Translations under genes and position numbers: made by a program
Assembly (NCBI GenBank): GCA_038046605.1
Contig: JBBSVW010000049.1
Location: 1 to 10,237, forward strand
Reading direction: 5' to 3'
Origin: Candidatus Micrarchaeota archaeon
GTDB taxonomy: Archaea > Micrarchaeota > Micrarchaeia > Norongarragalinales > SBBD01
DNA length: 10,237 bases
Notes under the pieces: generated by a model
Told to the model about the DNA's origin: nothing
Databases searched by the model: none
What the model saw: only the letters and a program-made list of their open reading frames with translations
Shown here: positions 1-6,210 of the stretch, piece by piece
Position numbering within the stretch: the first letter of the stretch is position 1
Layout of the letters: each line of letters opens with the position of its first letter

Positions 1-1476
1 TTACCACCTGATCATATTATGGTAAAAGTGTCACCTATTATTCGTGAACCGCAGGATTTCCAGCAAAGCGATTCAACTGAAGGCTCCTTGAATTCCATGG
101 ATGAAGATATTAGTTCAATGCAAAGCAGCATCTATGAGCTGAGCAACAAGGTCAATTCATGGGAATCCGCGGCAAATGAATTCTCCAATTATGATTCCAA
201 GCTTGCCTATTATGATTCAAGGCTGCAGGCAACCGACAATCAACTCTCATCTTTGCAAAACTCGCTTTCCCCCTGGGATTCTAGGCTTGCGGCGAGGATT
301 TCCCAGCTAGATTCGGCATACAATTCCCTTGCAACTTACTTGACGATTATCCAGCAGGTGAAGGCAACTTCAACAGGTTCGACCTATGATTCCCTTACCC
401 AAGTGGAAGCAGGCATAATTGATTCCATGAATCAAATAAGCTCTGCAAGATCCGAGCTTTCGCAGATGCGCTCCGAATTAAGTTCCATGCTTTCACAAAT
501 ACAATCCGCACGCAATGAGATATCCTCTTCCAGGAGCGACATTGCGCAAACCCGCCAGCAGCTTTCCGTTACTAACGCGAATATGCGCCGGGACATCAAT
601 GATGTGCGCGCAAAGCTTGCGGATTCAACAGCCAAATTGGGTTCGGCTAGGGACAATATTGCCAACGCAAGGAACAGCCTTGGGAATTATGGGGCGCTTG
701 CTGATTCAATGTCAAGCTATTTGATGCAATCAGCAAACGAAATTGATGCGCTTTTGGTCGAGCTTTCGGGCACGGAATCCCTCCTTAGGAATGCGAAACA
801 AAATATCGACAAGTTCATTTCAGAAGATCCACAATCGTTTGTCCCAACAAAAATTGAAACCCTTCAGGAAGGAAGGAAACTTAGGGCAATTGATTCCATG
901 TTCCCAAGCCTGATTGGGCTAGTATCCATGCTAAGCTGCCTTCTGCTTCCGCCAATAATGTCCGTCAAGCAGCGATCGCAGGGGATCCGATCAAGGATGA
1001 AGCTTTCGTATGCCAGCCCGTTTTCAATAATCGTAGGAAAATTCCTTGGTGATTACCTGGTGGGCTTAGTGCAGGTGTTCATTGTAACCTTGCTTGGAAG
1101 CCTGGTTTTTGGCATTTACCTGGGGTCGAATTTTTCAGCGGTTGCGATGGCTCTTTTCCTTGCGCCCGCGGTTTTCACATCCATGGGCACCTTGCTTGCA
1201 TCCTTTGTTTCAAAGGAAGGCTCGGCAGTGCTATCCACGCTGCTTTTCAGCATGCCCATGCTTTTCCTTAGCGGGATATTGCTCCCAATCGAGCAGATCC
1301 ATGGCTCGGTTCGGACGCTTACTGAATACCTGCCACTTTACAATATTGTGGAGATGATCTCAAAAGTAACAATTCGGGATGCGGCTGCATACACGCAAAC
1401 AAATTTTGAGATTGGCCTTGCCTATCTTGGAATTTTCCTGTTTTTGGCGTATTTCGCTGGGAGGAATGCGGACTAG
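1..1476 (+). CDS. ABC-2 type transporter permease with a long coiled-coil insert (YhgE/Pip-like architecture); 5' partial
   Basis: The frame is open from base 1 (tta cca cct gat cat att ATG), so the true start lies upstream. About 260 aa of Ser/Gln/Leu heptad coiled coil is followed by an ABC-2 membrane domain (FPSLIGLVSM..., SVKQRSQGIRSRMKLS, IIVGKFLG, PMLFLSGILLPIEQI, YLPLY). Confidence 0.85.
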   Translation, partial: LPPDHIMVKVSPIIREPQDFQQSDSTEGSLNSMDEDISSMQSSIYELSNKVNSWESAANEFSNYDSKLAYYDSRLQATDNQLSSLQNSLSPWDSRLAARISQLDSAYNSLATYLTIIQQVKATSTGSTYDSLTQVEAGIIDSMNQISSARSELSQMRSELSSMLSQIQSARNEISSSRSDIAQTRQQLSVTNANMRRDINDVRAKLADSTAKLGSARDNIANARNSLGNYGALADSMSSYLMQSANEIDALLVELSGTESLLRNAKQNIDKFISEDPQSFVPTKIETLQEGRKLRAIDSMFPSLIGLVSMLSCLLLPPIMSVKQRSQGIRSRMKLSYASPFSIIVGKFLGDYLVGLVQVFIVTLLGSLVFGIYLGSNFSAVAMALFLAPAVFTSMGTLLASFVSKEGSAVLSTLLFSMPMLFLSGILLPIEQIHGSVRTLTEYLPLYNIVEMISKVTIRDAAAYTQTNFEIGLAYLGIFLFLAYFAGRNAD

Positions 1477-1489
1477 GGCGGGTATTTTT

Positions 1490-1882
1490 TTACATCTCCT
1501 CAAGCATGTTGAGCGCAAAGGTCTCAAGCGCCGTATCCTCCTGCCCCTTGCTTTCCTCGAACATCAAATACCCTTCCCTGATTTGCCTGAATGAGAAATA
1601 GAACAGGTACAGTATCACTGCGGCTATTAGCGGATAGACGATGCGGGCAAGGTCGGGGATCCTTTCGTAGAAATAGCCGTAGAGGATTGCAAGAAGCGTT
1701 GCAAGCGAAAATATCAAGGAGAGCACAATTGCGCCAATTGCCATCCTTCCAAAGCCCTGTATCGAGTTGGCGCCGGATGCGACCCTTAGAAGGTCCATGC
1801 TGTTTACAATTTTCTGTTTCATCTGCGCCTTGCTTGAAAGCTGGGGTGCGGGAGCGACCATGCGCCTTTGGTCAATTGCCAT
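1490..1882 (-). CDS. Hypothetical 2-TM membrane protein (130 aa)
   Basis: Two hydrophobic segments (AIGAIVLSLIFSLATLLAILYGYF; IVYPLIAAVILYLFYFSF). A TATA-like AATATAAG (minus strand, ~1904-1911) lies about 25 nt before the ATG, consistent with a leaderless mRNA. Confidence 0.75.
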   Translation of the reverse strand: MAIDQRRMVAPAPQLSSKAQMKQKIVNSMDLLRVASGANSIQGFGRMAIGAIVLSLIFSLATLLAILYGYFYERIPDLARIVYPLIAAVILYLFYFSFRQIREGYLMFEESKGQEDTALETFALNMLEEM

Positions 1883-1904
1883 GAAAAGGATAAGTCTGAA
1901 CCCC

Positions 1905-2177
1905 TTATATTTGTGGCGGTTGGAGCAATTTTGCTACCCTAATTTCGATTTCCGTCCGCCTCTCCCAAACCAGGCTCCATTGGTAATCATGGGAGCTGGG
2001 CCGTTTGTAAAGCAAGCCTTCCCTCCTCAATTCTTCCGCAACTTTCAGCACTATTTTCCCCCTTGCCTGCTGAGGAAAGCCTTTCTGAAGGTTGCTTTCG
2101 GAAATGTGTTTGGCTCCCCATGCCCGCAGCCTTAGCAGTTTCATTAGCAGCCTGCAAGCAATTTCTTCCTCTTCCAT
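1905..2177 (-). CDS. Small winged-helix-like archaeal protein (WGAKHIS-NLQKGFP family)
   Basis: Helix-helix-helix-wing pattern (LLMKLLRLRAWGAKHISESNLQKGFP...VAEELRREGLLYKRPS...WSL). The ORF track starts at TTG 2207; ATG 2177 (MEEEEIA) is preferred here but the start is uncertain. Confidence 0.7.
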   Translation of the reverse strand: MEEEEIACRLLMKLLRLRAWGAKHISESNLQKGFPQQARGKIVLKVAEELRREGLLYKRPSSHDYQWSLVWERRTEIEIRVAKLLQPPQI

Positions 2178-2209
2178 CGGAATACCTATCGTATATTTTT
2201 TAGACAATT

Positions 2210-2228
2210 AATGTATACATTTTATAAA
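2210..2228. promoter_or_regulatory. Divergent promoter: perfect palindrome AATGTATACATT (2210-2221) abutting palindromic TATA box TTTATAAA (2221-2228)
   Basis: Both palindromes read directly from the AT-rich spacer between two divergent wHTH genes. Confidence 0.6.
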
Positions 2229-2286
2229 TTTAACCTTCCAATCAGTTCTGTTAACGGCTATGCCCCGATATATAGGTGAGGTTGAT

Positions 2287-2625
2287 TTGGAAGCAACTAA
2301 AAGTTTATTTCTGGAAGCGTTCGGTGACTCTCCCTACCTGCGCGTGCTCGATCATTTCCTGACGTTTCCAGGTTGGGACTACTCTAAATCGCAGGTGGCG
2401 AAGGATGCGGACGTTTCGAGAGTGACGATTGAGTGGATTTGGCGGAAGCTTCTAGAGCTTGAATTCATCGAAAAAACCAGAACAATCGGAAGGGCGGAAA
2501 TGTACCGTCTCAACCAGAAGAACCCCCAAATACGACTGCTGCAGGAATTCGATTTCAACCTCGCGAAGCTTTACGCGGATTCACTTGAGCCCCAGAAGGA
2601 ACGGATAGCGGTGAGGCGGAAGTAG
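2287..2625 (+). CDS. Winged-helix (ArsR/MarR-like) DNA-binding protein
   Basis: FGDSPYLRVLDHF...YSKSQVAKDADVSRVTI...KLLELEFIEKTRTIGRAEMYRLN is a typical archaeal wHTH. The SD AGGTGAGG at 2274-2281 favours TTG 2287 over ATG 2260. Confidence 0.85.
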   Translation: MEATKSLFLEAFGDSPYLRVLDHFLTFPGWDYSKSQVAKDADVSRVTIEWIWRKLLELEFIEKTRTIGRAEMYRLNQKNPQIRLLQEFDFNLAKLYADSLEPQKERIAVRRK

Positions 2626-2661
2626 GGTGCAGCCGGCTTATCCCTCCCGCCTCACCTTTTT
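2610..2661 (+). terminator. GC-rich hairpin plus T5 tract after the wHTH gene
   Basis: GGTGAGGCGG (2610-2619) is the perfect reverse complement of CCGCCTCACC (2647-2656), followed by TTTTT (2657-2661). Confidence 0.55.
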
Positions 2662-2675
2662 GCCCCGATTCTTAC

Positions 2676-3013
2676 GGCACTTTACAACCGTGAATTGGCG
2701 AATGGCGTGCCACGAGGGAAAAATCATCATCTGCCGACACCCCACGGGGCTAACCCCCAACCCCTCTAGGAGGATAGTCCCCCTACTCGTGTCACGCAGA
2801 CTTTGGGTCTGCTGAACCGCGAAGCAAGCTTCACGGTCGCGTAGAGCTTGCTCAACGATAGCGGGGGAACCGAAGGTGCCCCCAAGACGCTTGTCGCCGC
2901 CTCCCCCCTAATTTGTTCTGCGAATCAATCGGCTGCAGGAAAGCATTTTCGCATAACCGCCCCGCAATCTTCCTCACAAAATTTACCGCCCCTTATGGCC
3001 ATTGTAAAGTGCC
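2676..3013 (-). ncRNA. Candidate unclassified ~338-nt structured ncRNA (alternative: MITE)
   Basis: Perfect 12-bp terminal inverted repeat (GGCACTTTACAA 2676-2687 / TTGTAAAGTGCC 3002-3013). At least six internal stems, several of which pair best on the minus strand through G-U pairs. A TTATAA at 3037-3042 places a minus-strand start at about 3013. Confidence 0.55.
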
Positions 3014-3035
3014 TTCTTTTTTCCGCTCCCCAACT

Positions 3036-3043
3036 GTTATAAC
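3036..3043. promoter_or_regulatory. Bidirectional TATA box GTTATAAC
   Basis: The palindrome is centred at 3039.5, 26.5 nt from both the ATG at 3066 (+) and the first G of the element at 3013 (-). This matches archaeal TATA-to-TSS spacing. Confidence 0.55.
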
Positions 3044-3065
3044 CTTTAATTCGCCTCATATTTGC

Positions 3066-3956
3066 ATGTCGATCCAAACCTACCGGGCAATTATCGGGCA
3101 TGACAATCCTACCTCCCTTGCCGGATCGTATTTAATTAGGGTGGCAGAACAGATGAAATTGCCAGATAGGCTGGGCTCCTCAGCTATTGCCCTTGGTAAA
3201 GCGGTTCCCACAGATTATGCGGGAATATACCTGCAACGCGAAAGGAATTCCAATCTTAGGCTTAAGGTTATAATTGAAAAGCTGGAGCTTGCGCCCAATA
3301 GGAAAGAACCTGGCATTGCGCAAAAGAACTTAGGCAGGCCCCATTTGCATATTGGCAAGTTGGCAATACCGATGCATGACGGGGATTGGGACTCCGCTGC
3401 TTCAATAGTTGGGGTTTGGAAAAGGAAGCACCATGGTTTTGATGGTAGTACTGTCCATAGCATTCCCTTTCCCCGCCATTTATTTTCACATTGGGCAGAT
3501 AAAGGGATGGTGAAGGAGGTCAAATTGGATTCGGGCAAACTTTTTGCAGTAATCAAATTGCATGCAAGGGAATATGATCATCTTGAGGAGATGTCCGAAC
3601 TTAGCAATTGGGTAATTCGTTTTGGCCAAACTCTTAGGTATTTGCGTGGCAACACCAATCCTGCCAGGTATCGCCATCAGCTGGATTTTGGCGGGGAATT
3701 CCAAGAGGTGAGGAACCCGCTGCACCGGTTTTTCAAAACCGGGGAATCACTCCTGCCATTTTTCGAAAATATGTCGAAGGCAAAAAATGTCGGTGAGGTC
3801 AAATCCCAATTGCGCAATTTTGGGGCGACTGAAAAGCAAACCGCCCATTGGGCAAATTGGATATGGGGTTTTGTTTCTGGTAAGAAAGGGGGAAAACCGG
3901 GCAAATTATTCCTGGATGAACTTCGAAAATGGCGTTTGAAATATAAGCGCCCCTAA
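3066..3956 (+). CDS. Hypothetical soluble basic protein (296 aa) with a GRPHLHI (HUH-like) motif
   Basis: Long ORF. The TTG 2913 extension runs through the structured element, whereas ATG 3066 fits the TATA spacing. No family recognised. Its stop overlaps the stop of the convergent exonuclease gene (3953-3956). Confidence 0.75.
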   Translation: MSIQTYRAIIGHDNPTSLAGSYLIRVAEQMKLPDRLGSSAIALGKAVPTDYAGIYLQRERNSNLRLKVIIEKLELAPNRKEPGIAQKNLGRPHLHIGKLAIPMHDGDWDSAASIVGVWKRKHHGFDGSTVHSIPFPRHLFSHWADKGMVKEVKLDSGKLFAVIKLHAREYDHLEEMSELSNWVIRFGQTLRYLRGNTNPARYRHQLDFGGEFQEVRNPLHRFFKTGESLLPFFENMSKAKNVGEVKSQLRNFGATEKQTAHWANWIWGFVSGKKGGKPGKLFLDELRKWRLKYKRP

Positions 3957-4504
3957 TCGTGTTCCTTTCTTTTCCAAAGTTCGGGCATCCTTTCGCAAAG
4001 ATCCGAATAGAATTTGATGAACCCCGCGGCTTCCTCCCTCACATAATTTTCAATTTCCCCATATTGCCGGCTTTCGTACCATCCCTTGATTTTTGAGCCA
4101 TCCATCTTCTTATCTGTGAAATTGTGCATGCCCGAGCCCTTGAACTGGCCCTTGTTAAGAATGACAAAAATGCTCTGCAGGTCGATGCACGGAAACTCGT
4201 AATTCAGCTGGTATTCGTTTAGGTTGAACCAGCCGATCTGCCTTGATTTTTCAATCAGGAAGCGTTTTTCATATGCCAAATTATTGCCCACCATGATGAA
4301 TTCCCACTTTTTCACCATCGGCAGGAATTTTTTGAGTATTTCATTTTCGGAGCTTTCCCATTCCTTCAAAATGGTGAGATCGCCCTTTGCCTGCCCAGTG
4401 GTGTCATCCAATTGCTGGTACTGGATGGTGATTATCTTATCAGTGAACGGCGATGGTGATGCATTTGGGCCGTAGGTTTCTATGTCGAAGTAATATTTTG
4501 CCAT
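3953..4504 (-). CDS. Stand-alone DEDD/PolB-like 3'-5' exonuclease (RNase H-like, YprB/RNase_H_2-type)
   Basis: ExoI YYFDIETYG, DKIITIQY, ENEILKKF, ExoII VGNNLAYE, IDLQ, ExoIII NYVREE. ATG 4504 lies 4 nt after the toxin stop. Confidence 0.8.
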   Translation of the reverse strand: MAKYYFDIETYGPNASPSPFTDKIITIQYQQLDDTTGQAKGDLTILKEWESSENEILKKFLPMVKKWEFIMVGNNLAYEKRFLIEKSRQIGWFNLNEYQLNYEFPCIDLQSIFVILNKGQFKGSGMHNFTDKKMDGSKIKGWYESRQYGEIENYVREEAAGFIKFYSDLCERMPELWKRKEHD

Positions 4505-4508
4505 TATA

Positions 4509-4778
4509 TTACCTGTAACTTTTGTACCATCCTTCATATTCTTTATGATCCCCAACGAAATAAATTATTTTGGATTGGGTGGTTTCGTCAATTTCAAAGC
4601 AAATCCTATATTGCCCCACCTCTTCAACAAAGAATGGCAGATTGCTCCTTAAATGCCGCGAACTTTTTTGCACCTCAGACAATTTGGCAATTTTCCTGGA
4701 TATCCTTATCCTGATGGTTTTTTCCATGGCCAAAAACCGTTCCTGTGCAGATATCTTCCAAACTATGCTGTAGCTCAT
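4509..4778 (-). CDS. RelE/ParE-superfamily toxin
   Basis: 89 aa basic protein: YSIVWK..A, RISRKIAKL, VGQYRICFEIDE...IIYFVGDH. ATGA overlap with the upstream antitoxin at 4775-4778. Confidence 0.85.
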   Translation of the reverse strand: MSYSIVWKISAQERFLAMEKTIRIRISRKIAKLSEVQKSSRHLRSNLPFFVEEVGQYRICFEIDETTQSKIIYFVGDHKEYEGWYKSYR

Positions 4779-5065
4779 TTAAGCTCACTCCTTTTGATCC
4801 CTGCTTTCTTTAGGACTTCATCAAAGCTCACAACCTTTGCTTTGCCTGACCGTATTTCCTCCTGTTCCTGAAGCATTTTCCTAACCACCAGTGCATCCTC
4901 AAGCTCCTGTGGGCTTGCAGTTATGACTGCATGGATTAGGTATTCCTTTCCCAACTCTAGAATACCTGCCCTTACGGCTTCAGTTTTCGTCTTGTAATAC
5001 CCCTTGTTAACCAATTCGTTCAACATATTTTCCACCATACCCTCGAGCCTAACGACCATCTCCAC
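4775..5065 (-). CDS. Ribbon-helix-helix (CopG/ParD-like) antitoxin
   Basis: MVVRLEG..ENMLNELVNKGYYKTKTEAVRAGI (RHH) plus an antitoxin-type tail (EEIRSGKAKVVSFDEVLK). An SD GGGTGA 5 nt before GTG 5065 supports this start; ATG 5059 is the alternative. Confidence 0.85.
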   Translation of the reverse strand: MEMVVRLEGMVENMLNELVNKGYYKTKTEAVRAGILELGKEYLIHAVITASPQELEDALVVRKMLQEQEEIRSGKAKVVSFDEVLKKAGIKRSELK

Positions 5066-5084
5066 AACTATCACCCACAAAAAT

Positions 5085-5104
5085 ATACCAAATTGGTATT
5101 AAAA
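5085..5104 (-). promoter_or_regulatory. TA operon promoter/operator: inverted repeat ATACCAA-A-TTGGTAT overlapping a TATA-like TTTTAATA
   Basis: Perfect 7-bp inverted repeat at 5085-5099. The minus-strand TTTTAATA at 5097-5104 overlaps it. RHH antitoxins typically autorepress at such sites. Confidence 0.6.
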
Positions 5105-5208
5105 GGGTATCATTTTGTGGGATTGCTGAGGAATTGCATTGAATAAAAGTAAAAACTGATTTGCAAAGCCAAAATAATATTCCTTTTGGGAGGTGGGTTC
5201 GGGTGAAG

Positions 5209-6114
5209 CTACTGCATATGGTTGCCTGGATGCAGCCAGATTCCATCTTTTTGCTGGATAAACCCAAGTTTCCTGTATGTTTGGGCATACTGCCTTTGTG
5301 TCCTCCTGAATTGCTCATCGGTTTGGGTTGGGCCAATTAGGGAAAATCGACTGGGCGGATGGCCAGTAATAGCAAATTTACTGGGGTTGAGCAGATCCAG
5401 CAGCATTTTCATTCCTGCAAATCGCCAACTTTCGCCAAGATTTTCCTTAAGCTTGTCATATTCTGCTTTGCTTTGCGCCTTTCTCTTTTTCCAATGGTCA
5501 ACCGGTTCATTAATGAACTGGCTTTGGGCGCCTTTTCCCTGGATGTTTGTAATCCCTATTGCAGGTCTGCCATTCCTATAATATGCAAGGCCCCCAATTG
5601 TCCCAACAGTTTGCCCAAATCTGTTTGTAATGGCAAGCACCAGTGGAGTTTCAGGATGTGAAATGGTGCCTGGATGAAAATTCAAATGCCTCTTATTTAT
5701 GGTTTCCATGCTAAGCCATCTTGAGGCCATTTTTGCATGAAGCCGAAACGATTTTACTTGCGCTTCAAAAGGCAGGTTCATGTGGCGAATCGTACCAAAA
5801 TAACTCGTGACAACAGACGGGGCAATTTGACCCTCCCACCTGCTTACTTGGGAGAGCTGATTTTGATAATAAGAGGCCAATGAATCCATTTTTTTAGTGG
5901 CAGCAATCATTTTCTGTTCGAAATTGGGGTATGAAATTGTCGGGTCCTCCGAAAAAATCGCATCGGCTGCCACCGGGAGGTACATGGAAACGTTGAGTGC
6001 CTTTACCCCAAAATACTCCTCTTCCGGGCCAATGCCAATTGCGCCCAAAGGAGGGATGCCTGGAGTGTTTCTTTTCCTGAATTGTTCTGCCATTTTCCAT
6101 TGATTTTCGTTCAC
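5209..6114 (-). CDS. Hypothetical protein with a distant VirK/YbjX (DUF535)-like, GNAT-like C-terminal half
   Basis: 301-aa ORF with VGTIGG...IGITNIQG...KLKENLGESWRFAGMKMLL...YAQTYRKLGF, resembling the I-x-x-IQG and Y...LGF pattern of VirK/YbjX. The family call is tentative. Confidence 0.55.
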   Translation of the reverse strand: MNENQWKMAEQFRKRNTPGIPPLGAIGIGPEEEYFGVKALNVSMYLPVAADAIFSEDPTISYPNFEQKMIAATKKMDSLASYYQNQLSQVSRWEGQIAPSVVTSYFGTIRHMNLPFEAQVKSFRLHAKMASRWLSMETINKRHLNFHPGTISHPETPLVLAITNRFGQTVGTIGGLAYYRNGRPAIGITNIQGKGAQSQFINEPVDHWKKRKAQSKAEYDKLKENLGESWRFAGMKMLLDLLNPSKFAITGHPPSRFSLIGPTQTDEQFRRTQRQYAQTYRKLGFIQQKDGIWLHPGNHMQ

Positions 6115-6210
6115 ATAAATCTAGCCCAATCTTAACATACCTGCAATATCTTTAATTTCTTTGCCTTTAGCATCGTCGAAACCCATTTAACAGCCACTTT
6201 GCAGAACTAA

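Noticed and set aside
1591-2135. Plus-strand ORFs 1591-1884 and 1767-2135
   Set aside because: Shadows of better-supported minus-strand genes.
2626-2790. RNase P RNA (GCCGGCTTA at 2632-2640 and GAGGATAGTCC at 2770-2780)
   Set aside because: The CR-V-like motif precedes the CR-I-like motif, their P4 halves are not complementary, ACAnAA is missing, and both motifs are explained by local hairpins.
2676-3013. SRP RNA, tmRNA, group I/II intron or retron msr-msd
   Set aside because: No SRP helix-8 motif, no tRNA-like ends, no domain V, only a lone ATAGTCC with no convincing P3, and no reverse transcriptase in the window.
2627-3065. ORFs 2627-2815 and 2848-3042, and the 2913-3065 extension of the orphan gene
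   Set aside because: Non-ATG starts, no SD, unprotein-like composition, and they overlap the structured element.
4505-4555. N-terminal extension of the exonuclease to 4555
   Set aside because: It overlaps the toxin gene; ATG 4504 directly precedes the ExoI strand.
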